From Nemertoderma westbladi (taxonomy: Eukaryota; Animalia; Xenacoelomorpha): a stretch of 64,000 nt of DNA. The stretch lies in assembly GCA_032718475.1 (NCBI GenBank), contig JAUCBJ010008622.1, positions 1 to 64,000 on the forward strand, in the 5' to 3' direction. Of the stretch, positions 38,670-52,189 are shown in pieces (the stretch's first letter is position 1; each line of letters starts with the position of its first letter). Under the pieces are notes generated by a model. That model saw nothing but the letters and a program-made list of their open reading frames with translations, made no database searches and was not told the origin of the DNA. The translations under genes and the position numbers were made by a program.

Positions 38670-39400
38670 TCATATGAAGTAGATAAGAGATGGAAGGAAC
38701 AAAATAAGATGCATTGAAACGTCATTGAGAGATTCAACACCATCAGTAGTAGTAGTGGATGATATTTCTGTGGTTTCTTGACTGGTAGCTGGAGTGATTG
38801 GGAGAGTGGCCTCAGGTGTTGTTGTTGGAGGTTTGAGGGATAATGTTATCATGTCGTGACCAATATAATATTCAAATCCTGCTTCCAAACCTGTTTCCAA
38901 AATGTGCTTTTTATCTGCGTAAACAAATACTGTTAAAGATACTGTACCATAGAATATATCATCACCAGAGCAAACTTCTACACCATAGGCGAAGTTGATA
39001 GTTCCAACATCTCGTGAAAACTTTGCCGAGATAACGACAATAATATCAGCGATAGTCCAAATTGAACAGGGAGTGTAGGTCATGTTATAGCTGATTGGTA
39101 CTTGAGATATAATTTCTTTGATGGTATGCAATGTGCCATCTAAGAGCACGCTGTCGGAGAATACTCTGTATTTATTTTCCAAATCTTCGTTTAACTCAGC
39201 AGTACTGATATTGGGATCGTTTCCAATAAATTGTATATCCACCAGGATAGAACCGCAAGTAATATTCATGCTTAGCACTGTGGCTATTTCTTTTACAAAA
39301 TTTTCTATGACATCCAGGTCTTCCCATGATCCATCACGTATGAAGTTCTCGCATTCACTTTGTGTAGCATTGATAACAAACATCAGATTGATAGTGTTTC
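38670..39400 (-). CDS. terminal exon of a mucin-like surface protein: SEA-like folds, Thr-rich stalk, GPI-type hydrophobic tail
   Basis: Phase-1 acceptor TTTTATAG before 39400. ITCGSILVDIQF resembles the SEA GSxxV motif. C-terminus DGVESLNDVSMHLILFLPSLIYFI*. Confidence 0.75.
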
Positions 39401-39524
39401 CTATAAAACAATATTGCCAAACATTATTTTCGAACTACAAAAAATAATTCTACTAAATTTATCACAAATACCACGTATATAAACTGGAATTATCCCATAA
39501 ACTGAGTAATTAATTATAAAGTGG

Positions 39525-39662
39525 CATTGATGTCAGCATACAATGGTCTATGACGTCAGCATACATGGTCAGTGATGTCAGCATACATGGTCTGTGACGT
39601 CAACATACATGGTCTGTGATGTCAGCATACATGGTCTGTGACGTCAGCTTACATGGTCTGTG
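39525..39662. repeat. 21-bp minisatellite (intronic)
   Basis: GTCAGCATACATGGTCTGTGA about six times. Confidence 0.85.
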
Positions 39663-40959
39663 TAACTAATTATTCATCAAATTGCCATGGAATGTTCAAA
39701 ATGCCAGTTAATCACATCAAAATAGTTTTCTCTGTTATGCACTTCTGGTCCATTGATTTGTAGAAATTGCTGTAGCAGTGGACTAATTTACTAAATGGGT
39801 ATTGCCTTTAGTTCATCTTTCTCTCGTTTTTGGAGTCATTATTAATTTCTCAGTCGAATCAAAATGTTATCAGAGTCATGTTGTAACTACTGAAATGGTT
39901 AGTGTTGTGTAGAATAATGGTTGTCACATGGCGCCAAAAATGTAATATACTTGCGAAAAACATCCTGTAATGACCTCAGGAACCAGGAAACCCAAAGTAA
40001 TCTTATAATTTATGGGAACAAGTTAGACTACAACTGGTCAGCTACCTGTATCAGTTTGTTGCTAGCAGGACATTGTACACCAAGATTACACATCTGCCTA
40101 CATCTATGTTACCATTTGCTGTTACCATCAGGAATACATCAGAGTTTATTAAATTTATTTAGGAACAATTGGACTTTTAGACTCCAACTGTATATTTGCA
40201 TTCTCTGATTACGTACAGCAAGTCTGTTTGAAATATATAATATATTCATGTTTTGGTGCAATCTTTCTCCAGATTAATTTGCAACCCCCTCCTTCTCCCA
40301 AAGCTGCAACCCCCTCCCTCTACCAAAGCAATACAATGCCTTTATAATAAAACTATTACTTAGCTATTCATATGTAAATTAAATATTGAAGAATATTGTT
40401 TATATGTTTGTTTATACAGTTCTGATTCATCCAATTGTGAGAATTTACTTCCCCGGTTGGTATTTCTGCAGCAGGGTAGGTTTGAGAAGGGACATAGTGC
40501 CGCTCATAACCATTGTGGTCAGAAGGATAAGCTCAGTTATCTCTAGAAGGCGATTATCAATAAAGATGTCACAATAAAAAAAGGCAAAGAACAGCCATTG
40601 AAACTGTGCATATGGTAAGTCTCACAAAGTCTCAACAGATCTAATTTTGTAATTAAAATTAACTTGTGAGTGGGCTTTATCCCCCTACCAGTGGAAGCCT
40701 TGGGTGGTTGGCACACTCATGCTTCAGACTTCAGACATGTTTTTACCTGGGCTACAATATCGATGGGGTACAATAAATAGTATGATACTATATTTTTGTA
40801 CAGTTAACTTTTTGTTAGTTATTTTGACTTGATTATCAGGTTATAACATGATAATAGGCCAATTGTGTAATAGTTTGAGAAGAAAAATTTTGAAATTAAT
40901 TATGCGTTATTTAAATAAGAAATGGGAATATATAGCACTCAGGGCGCTACTTAACTAAC

Positions 40960-41617
40960 TAGTTGCATCTGCAGTTGTTTCATCTGTAGTTTGAGCTGCT
41001 GTTGTTTCATCTGTCGCTGTTGGAATTGCGGTTGTTAAAACTGTAGTTGGAGCTGTGTTTGTTGGAGCTGTCGTTGTTGGAACTGTGGTACTATCTGTCT
41101 TTGATGAAGCTGTAGTTGGAGCTTCTGCTGTGGTCGGAATGGTAGTTGGTGCTGTGGTTATTGGAACTGTGGTTGATGTCGCTGTTGGTGGAACTGTAGC
41201 TTTAGCTGTTGTTGAGGAAGCTGAGGTTGAGGCTTCTGCTGTGTTTGGAGTGGTAGATGGTACTGAGGTTATTGGAACTGCGGTTGATGTAAATGTTGTT
41301 GTTGGAACTGTTGCTGTAGCTGTCATTGTAGCTGTTGTTGTTAGAACTGTGGTAGTAGCTGTGGTTGTTGGAACTGACATTGTAGCTGTTGTTGTTGGAA
41401 CTGTATTAGTAGCTGTGGTTGCTGGAACTGTGGTAGTAGCTGTAGTTGATGGAGCTGTAGTTGGAGCTTCTGCAGTTGTTGGAGCGGTAGTGGGCACTGT
41501 GGTTATTGGAACTGCGGTTGATGTAGCTGTTGTTGTTGGGACTGTGGTAGTAGCTGTAGTTGATGGAACTGTATTTGTGGCTGTGGTTGTTTGAACGATA
41601 GTTGAGGCTATGGTTAA
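40960..41617 (-). CDS. Thr/Ala/Pro-rich mucin exon, 3' part
   Basis: Open frame TTATTTVPTTT...; phase-1 donor A|GTTAGT at 40960/40959 is compatible with the 39400 acceptor. Confidence 0.75.
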
Positions 41618-43233
41618 CCCTTTCAGTACCAATCATTTTCAAAAACCGTAATTGATGCGCCAATAGAATTTTGGTTGTTATTTAGGAAACCCGAAGTAAG
41701 TCCGGAAGTCCTATGTAAGTCCGTGTAAGTCCTATGAAAAAATGATGAAAGTCAAAGTTGTGGAGAATCATATACTTAGTCGAATGGAGAAACAAAATTT
41801 CAATTTTATATATAACTAATATTGTTTATAATTAAATAGTTATTAAATTTGGCGATTTAAGAAAAATGTAAGTCCTATGCAAAAATGTTGAAAGTCAAAG
41901 TTGTAGAGTATCATATACTTAGTCCAATGAGGAATAAAAGTATCAATTTCAATTACAACTAATATATTTATAACGAAACTCTCTCTTTATAGAGGTACCG
42001 GCTGACCGGTACTTTAGGTGGTAGTTGGTGTAGGAAAGAATGACCCTCAATAATGTGGGAACATATTTCTATATTAGGATTTATTTTTAAATTTTGATAT
42101 CGTGTCCTCCATGACCGATAGCTCACTCGGTAGATCGCCTGTATTCAGATGTGGAAGTTGTGGGTTAAATGCCGGAACATGGATTGTCTTTTATTAAAAT
42201 AAGTTTCATTCACATCCAGCCAGGGCGTAGTGTATATCATTAGGCCTATAGGCCTGCCGTATCTAGAACTACCAGCGTACTAGCATATAGACTGTAGTTT
42301 TTCCACACTACGTTAGGGTAGTAGTGTTTAGTAACAGAAGCAAAATTTGAATTGGTGATAAGTAATGATGAATGACCAACTAACCAAAACATTTAGACAT
42401 TCCAAAAGGAACTTTCCATTGACTTGGAAGGTTTACTCAATCTATAACCAAAACACTAAACAGCCATTAACCATTAACATTAACCACCACTAATATTGTA
42501 TCATTCAGCGAGCGACCTTCCTGTTTTATAAAGTGCAGAAATGGTTAAAACAACCTTCATCAACAAAAATTACAACCTAGTTTCAGTCCATGTCGCTTTG
42601 GCCAATAAATATAACCAAAACACTAAACGCGACCATCTTATATCAAATAAGTTCTGATTGTTATAGTACCATAAAAAGCGAGTCAGACATATCTATTTGA
42701 TAATGTGCTGAAGTGGTTTTAACACGTATGTACAGTACCAATCCTATGTAATAAGCGGAATGCAGAAATGCACTACTGTATATTGGCTACAATTTGGTGC
42801 ATGCAGTTTGTAATTGTCAGGCAGTCTGATAGGTCCCAACCATGGTTTAGATTTTTGAAATTTTTTTATAGTTTTTCTTATGCGCCAGATAAATTTGAAT
42901 GGTGCCACTTTTGCGCCAATGGCAACTAATCACCCATAGATACTTATTGAATCTATGGGGATTATCCTGTTTGGGGGGCCTCCAAAACCAGGCTGGTTAG
43001 TAAAGGAGCAGGTTACAGAGGCGAGTTGAAAAGAACCAAAACAATAAACGTGAGTGAATGTTGTAGAATAGAAAACCAAATTTAAAACCAAATTTAATTA
43101 AGAATCAACTGTCAGATGTATAGACCTACCGGAACTCTGAATAGACTGCAGGCCCCCAAACAGGATAGAGCCAATCTATGGCCAAGGCGCCTATTGACGT
43201 GGAATGCATGGATGAGCCATGGTACTGAAAGGG
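41618..43233. mobile_element. piggyBac-like non-autonomous element inserted in the mucin exon
   Basis: TTAA|CCCTTTCAGTACCA ... TGGTACTGAAAGGG|ATAA. Confidence 0.85.
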
Positions 43234-43237
43234 ATAA

Positions 43238-43368
43238 TAAACCTGTCATTGTAGCTGTGGTTGTTGGAGCTATTGTTGTAGCTGCAGTTGTTGAAACTGT
43301 AGTTGTGGCTGTGGGTGTTTGAACGGCAGTTGTAGCTGTTGTTGTTGGAACTGTAGTTGGAGCTGGAA
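43238..43368 (-). CDS. Thr-rich mucin exon, 5' part
   Basis: Phase-1 acceptor TTTTTTAG|TTCCAGCT. Reads PAPTTVPTTTATT...MTGLL and is in frame with 41617 once the transposon is removed. Confidence 0.72.
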
Positions 43369-44289
43369 CTAAAAAATTTAATTTTCATAAAATATTTTAG
43401 AACAGACTTGTAATATTATTCTATTAATCTATATTCTATTATCTATATTATTCTATAATATTATATTATAGTTGTAATAAACATTTATAAAATAAAATTA
43501 TATATAAAAAATTTAAAAATGGCGAGAAATAAATCGAACACAGCTTCCTAAAAAATAAATACATGAAAAATAAATTCCAGAACAATAACGCGAAATCAAG
43601 ATGGAGTAAAATAAATGCTATCATTAATAAACACAAAAATTAAAAATTCTGGCTACATACAATGCATTCGCGATGGCAATAGTATAATCCAATCTACTAG
43701 TAAAGTAATCGCTAATATATTTAATAGGGTATATTTAAAATTAGCTACTGTCGACTGGCATCAGACATGACAAAAGACTATTACAAACCGCAAACTCTAA
43801 GATAACAATAACTAATGATAATAATACCATAAATATAACGTAAAATAAAATCACCAACCCAACACCATTCACATTTTCAAATATCACACAGTTAGATATG
43901 CTGGATGTACTTGATAAACTCAATACAAATAAACCAAATGGACCATCTACTATTCCACCTAAAATAATATAATTAATTAGACTCTTAACTTGGACTCATA
44001 GTTAATTTTGCCAGGAATAATCATGTGGCGTGACAGGAGGATAGAAAAAGGGTTAACTGGTCTTCTGGACGATTTTGATTTATTCATAAAAGTGAATAGA
44101 AAATTTATTTACGAATGCGCTATAATACTTGCCTTGAATGTTATTTTAAGTATTCGAAAAATGAAATTGAAGTAGTCGTGTCCATCAAAAATCCATTTAC
44201 GAGACCCTATTTCCAGAGGTGAAAGTGTAATCACGCTAATTATTCTATAAATTAAGTAGTTTAAGTTATTTTCTGATGTCAATTCGAAG

Positions 44290-47200
44290 TGTAGTTGGGT
44301 TTTTTGGGGTCCTAATTCCACTGGAAATTATTACATTATCTGACTGATATATATAATATATGAATAAGACATGCAGACTTCACGGGAGAGAGCCCTGCAC
44401 TATACTACACATATCCCCTTCTTAGGAGGGGTGGGTGATTAGCAATAAACGTACTGGTAAATAACGATATACCGCTAAAAGTTAAAATGAACAGGCTATT
44501 AGGGTTATTTACTGTAGTCACTGTTGGCGTATCGTGGTGGGGGGGCGAATGGTTCGACCGGAGCGGGTATGGGTGGGGGCGGGGGGTGGTGGGGCTTGGG
44601 TCGGTGTTTGGGGTGCCCGTGGGGGGCTGGCTGAGGCGGCGCGGCGACGTCGGCCCAGGTGGGTACGGGTGGCGCCGATGGCGCCATTGGTGGTGGGTTG
44701 GGTGTGACTTCTTGGAGTGGTTGTGGTGGGGTGGGCGGTAGTGGTGGGCCCGAGGGTGGTAGCGTGGGCAACCGGGTCCGCAGAAAAACCCGGTTGCGTC
44801 GCACAACGCGGCCGCTGGCTTGATGTACCAGGTGGTCGTGGTTCTGGAGGGTCTCGACTACTGTCCCCTGGCCCGTCCAGCGTTTATCGCGGGGGTCCTG
44901 GATAAGGACAGGGTGGCCTACTGGGAGGGCTCGGAGTGGTCGGGTGTGGCCGTCAAAGTTCGCCCGGAGTAGCGCACGGTTGGAGTCGGCAAAGGCGTCG
45001 AGCTCGGCGAAGGTTTGGTGCCATTTGGGGTCGAGTGCAGTGAAATGCACGGGGAGGGCCTCACGGATGTTCCTGCCGTAGAGGAGTTCCGCGGGGGACC
45101 GGCCTCCATTGCGGGGGGTATTCCGGAATGCGAGTATCCCCTGGGCGATGGCGTCCGAGTCGTAGTTGGCTCCCCGGATGATCTTCTTAAGGGCTTTCAC
45201 CGCGGCCTCTGTCCGTCCGTTTGTGTGTGGGAGGTGGGGGCTGGAAGGCTCGAGGGTGACGCCCCATCGATGGAGGAAGTTCCTGATGGCTTCTGACACA
45301 AGTTGGGGGCCTCCATCTGGGTGGAGCACCATAGGCACCGCGGTGGCGAGGAACAGTTTACGGAGGCAGTCGATAATGGCGACCGAGGTGGTGTCGGAGT
45401 TTAGCCGATATAATGTCGGCCACCCAGTGAACTCGTCGGTGGCGGCCATGTAGTTTTTGGCATCGACCTGGAAGAGGTCGATGTGGGTCCGTTGGAACGG
45501 ACGGGTCGCTTCCGGGTTGCGCTGGAGGGGCTCGGGTGCGTGGGAGGGGAGGACTGCCTGACACAGTTGGCATCGCTCCACCGCCTGTGTAATGTCGTGG
45601 ACGATGGAGGGCCACCAGACAGACCTGTTAGTGCGTTCTCACATCTTGTTAAGGCCCTGGTGGGCTGTGTGGAGTTGCAGCAGGGTCTCGTGTCGCAGTT
45701 CCACGGGGATGTATAATTGGGGCCTGCGGAGGATGAGGCCATTGTGGGCCATCAGCTCAGTGCGGTGAGCGAAGTAAGGTCGGAGTTGGTCGTCGGTAAT
45801 CTGGTGTTTGGAGGTCGGCCAGCCCTCATTGATGGTGGTGAGCAGGGCGCCGTAGACGGCGTCTAGCTGGCCGACCTGGCAGACCTGTTCGAGACGGGCG
45901 TCCCGGGATTTGACGGGTTGTATTTCTCCCGCAGCCGCATTGACAATGAACTCCCGGTCGGCGTCGTCCTCCGGGGTGAGTAGTAGGTCGGAGGGCTCCC
46001 GTGCATGGTGGGGGGCGCGGGAGAACGCGTCAGCCACGAGGTGCTTGGTGCCACGTTGGTGCCGAGCGGTGAAATTAAACCACGCCAAGGTGGTCTTCAG
46101 TTTCAGCAAGCGGTCGTTGGTGACCTGGTCGAGGCTGCGATCGTTCAGTACAGGAATCAACGGACTGCTGTCGGTCACCAGTTCGAAGTGCCGCAGTCTG
46201 TCGAGGAAATAGCGGCACTTGTGGGCCGCCAACGCAGCGCTGAGGGCCTCCAGTTCGGCCATACTGGACCAGTTGGCCTCGTGTTTGGCGAGGGTACGGG
46301 AGCCGCACTGGACGGTGAGCCAACGGTTGGAGTCAGGGTCGCGCTGTTGGAGGAGGAAACCGAGTCCGTGGAGCCGGGAGGCGTCGGTCGGGGTGGAACC
46401 CAGACAGGTTGTGGGGGCTGGACAGGCGGACTGAGTCGCCTCGAATGCCTGGTTGTGTTGGGGCAGCCACAACCAGCTGTTATAGTTAGAGTTCAGGCTC
46501 CGAAGGGGTTCGATTAGTTGGGTTATCTCGGCTGTGGAGTTTCCCAGCTGCTGGACGAGGCCGAGGAACGATCGGAGTTCCTTCCGGCAGGTTGGGGTCG
46601 GGAAGTTCCGTAGGTCGTCCGTGAGTTCCGGGTCGATCCGGAATCGGCCGTGGGAGACAATGTAGCCGAACCGCCGAACTTGACCTCCGGTAGGCAGAAC
46701 TGAACCTTCCTTGGGTTGATGGAGATGTCGGCGGTGTCGCAGGCGGCGAGAACTCTCGCCACTGCCTCCGGATGCTCCTCTATGGTGTTGGTATAGATGA
46801 GGATATCCTCGACGATCCGGCCGATGTTGGGGACGCCCTGGAGGGCCTTGGCCATCCGGGCGTTGAAGACATCCAAACTGCGGTGCCACCCCATGGGCAT
46901 TCGGCGGTACTGGAACCATCCCCGCGGAGTGGCGAACGTGGTGAGCTCCCGGCTGTTCCAATCGAGGCCGACCTGGTGGAACCCTTTGAGTCCATCGACG
47001 ATGGAGAAGTAGCGGGCCGGTGTGGGGACGCTTGAGACGACCTGGAACGGGTCCGGGGAAAAGTAGGCGGGTCGGACGGTGTGGCGGTTCAACTCCCGGA
47101 GGTCGACAGTAATCCGGACGGAGTTGGGGTCGCTCTTCTTCCTAGTAACGACCATCGGGCTGAGCCACGCGTTGGGACTGTTGGCATCATCCGCGGGCTC

Positions 47201-48105
47201 GAGGATCCCCATGGCAACCTGGTCGCTGAGCTCCCTGTGGAATGCCTCCTCCAGGTTGGCCGGTATGGGGCGGTTGGAGTACCGGAACGATGGTTTGGCG
47301 TCCAGGAGCATTTTTATGGTTATATCCCCCCCGGCAATAACCCTACAGTTCCCAGATAGGGGGCGGGGGTACCGGGTAACCAGAGTTTCCCAGGTCTGGG
47401 TCGCATTGGGTGGCAGTGTCGGCGATGGTGTTGGTGTTGGTGGGGTTGGCAGTCGTGTGGGTGGTGGCGCGGCCAGTAGCTGGTTCGCACACTGCCTAGT
47501 GGGGGCGTCGGGTGGCCCCCGCCCACCCCGGAGGATGGGGCTCCACAGGATCCCGAGGATGAAGCAGGTCTTCCTGGACAGCAGTGGTTGGTGGAGGCCG
47601 TCCAGGACCCAGACATCCGTGGTGTAGGCAGTGTGCAATATGCATGGCACTGGATGGTGGCGCCGAATACTCCCTTAAAAACCCAACCCGCTCTACTACT
47701 GTTGGCGAGTTTAGGTGGTTGGGGCGGCGGGTTGGAGTTCCGGAGGTTCTCGACTTTCCCACTGAAGGCTGAGTAGATCCGGAAGGAAATCGCCGTAATG
47801 TTGGCACCGGAATCTGGGAGGAACTGGAGTTCAGTGATTCCGAAACTGGGGTTCTTAGTGACCTGGAATCCCAGTGTCACTGTCTCGAGGGACTCCAACT
47901 GTTCATGGAGGAGACGGTGGAGTAAAGTTCGGGACCGGCGAGGATCGACCAGATCTCGGCGGCATTGGTCGACCGATCGTCGTCTTAATCATAATCGGTG
48001 GCGGGCCCGTCGGCTGCGTTGGTCTGGGGCTGGGGGCGGCGGGGGCACATCCGATTGTAGTGCCCGACTGTGTTGCAGTGGCGACAGCAGGCATCGGCGC
48101 CGAGC
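44290..48105 (-). mobile_element. Ty3/Gypsy LTR retrotransposon (protease, RT, RNase H, integrase, PPT, 3' LTR start); 5'-truncated and frameshifted
   Basis: LPDSGANIT; WLSPMVV, VDLRELN, DGLKGFHQV, RMPMG, IVEDIL; TDASRLHGLG; HTAHQG, CQLC, DGGPQL, NGRTEAAVK. PPT AAGAAGGGGA precedes TG at 44411. The far LTR end is uncertain. Confidence 0.93.
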
Positions 48106-48505
48106 ATTTTCCGAATATATTATTTTTCAAAATTTGAAGTGCCACGCCCACTTCTTAGGTGCACGAAAAATAGCATCCAGTTCAATTTTCGGAAATGGAA
48201 TATAATCACATTCGATTCAGCGTAGTGAAAAACCTACTAAATGCTAGCCAACAATGCCACACTATCAGTTTTTAGAATATCAAAAAAATGTATATTTTGT
48301 CCTGGGACTGCTTCTATTTTTCATGAAAATTATAATACCCACCTTATTAAATTATCATTTTTTTGGATTTGAAAATGTTCTTCGATAATTTTTTCACCTA
48401 CAACCCAAATTTCGTAGGATTTTATTGGATGATTACAAAAATACACCGGGGGGGCTGAATCGACTCCCAGCCAGTGCTTCTAATGGTCTAAACACCCCAG
48501 CCCCT
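48105..48505 (-). mobile_element. partial relative of the piggyBac-like element at 4898-6327
   Basis: Reverse complement of about 4910-5315 (e.g. TTTGAAGTGCCACGCCCACTTCTTAGGTGCACGAAAAATAGCATCC). Confidence 0.8.
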
Positions 48506-48519
48506 ATGTAAAACGGAAA

Positions 48520-49321
48520 ACTAGAGCGAAAAATTGGCAAAGAGTAAATTTTCCAAAGTGTTGGAGTGTTTCGATGGGGATACGTTTGATTGTCCATCCC
48601 AGAGAGATGAAGAACTCCGCTAATGAATCAACAAGTCTAAGGCACTCCTGATATATGAACCGGTTATCACAAGGGATTTTGTACCCATGAAAGTGAGGTG
48701 TGTCGTTGTTTGGGGGATCAGGTGATCACTTATGTGCAAAAATAGGAGGGGGTGGCTCAGCTGATCCTCTACCACTATGGAAAATCCAAGCTGTCTTGTT
48801 AATATCTATCTGTAAGCCCACCTTCTCTTCTTTTAGAATTATCGAGTCTATTTCTAATTCGATGTTAAACTGTGATGTGCTTATTAGAAATATATCATCC
48901 GCATATGAGAAGGACCAGCATTGGTTCGGGTATGAGGTATGCAATGCGTAGTAATCGTCATCATTGTAGTTATGGTGGATATGTTTTATGTAAAAGATAA
49001 ATAGAGAAGGTCCCAAGATAGAACCCTGTTTGACTCCAATCTTTGCTGGGAAGCTCTCTGTGTCAGTTACTGTTCTAGATCTCATAAATATCATACTAAT
49101 GGAGTATTAGTGGATGAGTAGGATAACACCACATATGTGTGGATTTATAACACGACATAGTCTGAACCTTATCGAATGCCTTTGAAATGTCCATTTGGAT
49201 AATAAATATATCTGAGCCTTGCTCCCGAAAAATATTTGTATTAGTTACAGAACAGCAGCAAGGACAGTATCAGCACCGATTCCTTTTTGATATGCAACTT
49301 GAGCAAAATTAGGTGATACAG
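48520..49321 (-). mobile_element. LINE RT fragment
   Basis: DISKAFDKV, GVKQGSILGPSLF, SYADDI. Confidence 0.8.
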
Positions 49322-49323
49322 TA

Positions 49324-51437
49324 CCGTCAGAGCGGGTGACTTGGATAGGTTTTAGGTATTTCCGCGATGTTTTAGTGCACTTCCCATTAATGAATGGTCC
49401 TGAAATTACAAATATATACCGAATGGCATCTTGTCTATCAAACCATTCACACTACACTTATCAGATATTACGTATTTGGCGGTAATGAGCTATCAAAAAA
49501 ACTATCCAAGTCAACCTCCAATCGGCTGACTTGGATATTTCATATTTCTTTAAATAAAAATTGCTTTATACACGTTTGTAGATTCAGAACAAGTCAAATA
49601 TTATTGTAATCTTTAGCAAATAGACATAAGAAAGAACTATTTTGATTATGACTATAAAAAGTTAACAATTTAGTTCAGAATTTGTAAATTCATTCTTCAC
49701 TCTGGGAAGACTTCATCGCCAAATGTCTCTAAGTCGAACCTAAATGTGCTTCTGGCACGAGCTGTGCCACCATAATTCACTGGCTTAGCTAATTTCCGCA
49801 ATATATCTTCATAGCTGTGGGTAGCAGACCGTGGGGGGTCCAACAGAACAATGCTCACTGTGTCACTCAGCTTAATACTTTATTTAATTCTTTCACCATA
49901 TTCGACCACAACCTCATGCACATCCGGTTTCACTGCTTGAATTCTTGAAACAATACTTCTATTATTAACGGATAATAACAGCCAGTCACCTGGATTTATG
50001 TCATGGCTAACTTCCGAGATATCACTATCATATTCCACGTCGCCCACAGAATCCTCAACTTCAACAATCGAAGATTCAGTGTTGCTACTACTATCACACA
50101 ATCTCCCACAATCATTTTCTTAACAGGTAGAACTACAGGAGCCCCACTCGATACCAAATTATTCTCCAGGTTCTTAACGAGCGGTAAAAGTACAGAATGA
50201 AACCATACCTCAAACGTACGTCCATCAAACCATCCAGATTTAGTCGCCTCGTAAACTGCTCCACGGGGACCATTAACAGTCCACTCTGACCACAGGTTTA
50301 GTGCCTTGTATACAATCATCGGAGGGCACATCTCACCAATAGCATTGCCACACATCATAAAACTAGTTGACATTTTCGAGTGATCTATTTTCGCTTCGAC
50401 GCGACGCAAACCTCGTCGAACTATGCATTCCTTATCAGCGGGAGAATCCACCACGCAGAGCTCATCGTAATTAAATAGAAACTGGGGCTGGATATCCTGA
50501 ACTTCCCCTTGTAGTGCCCAAAAAACTCCTTGACAGCCTGGCAGTTAACACAAACTCGGCCAGGTTTAACTTTATCCGCAAATCTCTTTGTAAGGTTGTT
50601 CCGATTCATAAATCCCTTCAACCAATCTTTACCAGGAGAATTGTTCGCAAATCTCGTAGTTCGCTTCTTCTTGTCGAGATAACTTTTTACAAGATGTTTA
50701 ACATCTTCACCTGTAAGAGGGAACTTCCAGTTGGTTATATGGTTCAAAGATTTAACAATCATTTGCTCTTCAATGGTTTCAAGAACCGGCTGCCCACCCG
50801 GCTTCTTTTCCGAATTAACGCCATTCGCCGAGCGCCACAGTGTTCCAAAGGGAATCTTAAATTCCTTATGAGCCCTATAGATTTTCTTTCCTGATTTGAT
50901 AGCTTGTAGTGCGGCATCTAAATCACTAGTAATTATAATTATAATTATAATTATAATTAGTTTTGTATCCTCTTGCCCCGTTTTTTCTACAATATTTAGT
51001 CATATTAGGCTAACATAAATACAATTCAAAATTAGGTAGTAAAATTTTGTAACTAAATTTAGCAAAAAGTAAGCCTATGGTTAAATTCTTAAATAATCAT
51101 TAAATTAGATATAAAAACAGATTTGGACCTATAAAAATATATGTAATTTACTGTATCATCGCTAAAAATACATTTACACCGTTCATGGAGCAGAAATTGC
51201 AATTTTACTTAACACCAGTTTATAATCAGCAGTGCTCCATTTCAACACCAGTTAAAATTGACCATTTCAAACTTGCCTCCACGCCTGCACTGATAAACAG
51301 TTACTATAGCCATCCATTAGTCCTGTGGCAAAGCTGTGGATATCACTTGGCTCTGATTGGCTAGAATTCTTAACTTCACTCTCTCAGGAACTCATTATCC
51401 AAGTCCCCTCCAATATCCAAGTCACCCGCTTTGACGG
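49324..51437 (-). mobile_element. pogo/Tigger-type Tc1-mariner transposon with a decayed, internally deleted transposase
   Basis: TA|CCGTCAGAGCGGGTGACTTGGATA ... TATCCAAGTCACCCGCTTTGACGG|TA. CENP-B HTH (FANNSPGKDWLKGFMNRN) and DDE_1 start (MMCGNAIGEMCPPMIVYK, SGWFDGRTFEVWF). Confidence 0.92.
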
Positions 51438-51519
51438 TATGAAAATAGTTCTTTACAAGGTTATGCTTAAGTAACTCGTTATTCTTAATTTTAACTTTTG
51501 GAGCTGAATCAGTTGCCTT

Positions 51520-51990
51520 ATTTATAAATAATCAATAAACTGTTTTAGACATATTTACTGGTGCTTATTTGCTGCGAACCATTTTCAAGTTCAATGTTAA
51601 TAATGTATACAAGATTATGGGATTTATTATGGTGACATAGTAAACAGGTTTCATCTGCATAAAGTACACTAAGTAGTGACGTCACTGTGTAGGTTATTTA
51701 TATAAATTATAAAAAATAATGGTCCAGGTATTGACCCCTGGGGGACACCAGTCGTTATAGGTAGAAATTCTGAGTAAATTGCATCATTTTAACACTGTGA
51801 TCATGAGGTAAGGTAATCTTGATTGCGAAAATCAATAAAAACAACACACGAGTATAATTGATTATCTAGGGTGTAGTAAAGCCGGTAAGCAACATTAATT
51901 AGAGCGTGAACAGTAGAATGCCCTCGACGAAAACCATATTGATTTTTTATAAGAATTTGGAACATATTAAAGAATGACGATATGGTCATT
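51520..51990 (-). mobile_element. CR1/L2-type RT fragment
   Basis: QYGFRRGHSTVHAL, VFIDF, GVPQGS, LYADE. Confidence 0.8.
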
Positions 51991-52189
51991 AGGTGAAGCT
52001 GTGGAAGTGTATTTAGCGGATTTGAAGAAACTGATTGTTCTTACCAGTAGTGGTAAACAAGCAGATCTTGATGTAATTGTTCAGATTATTAAGTTCCAGT
52101 TTATGATTGGACTTGCTATGAAGTGAGTAGTCCGATGGTGACGATAACAGCTGCCGAGATTGCATGTCTCTCGAAGAATTGGTATTAAC

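Noticed and set aside
42112-42185. tRNA gene
   Set aside because: A-box-like start only; degenerate B-box and no cloverleaf. At most a SINE-like remnant.
46790-46815. Gypsy RT active site reading VEDI instead of xxDD as a novel variant
   Set aside because: Single frameshifted copy; cannot be distinguished from decay or an ordinary family variant without a consensus.
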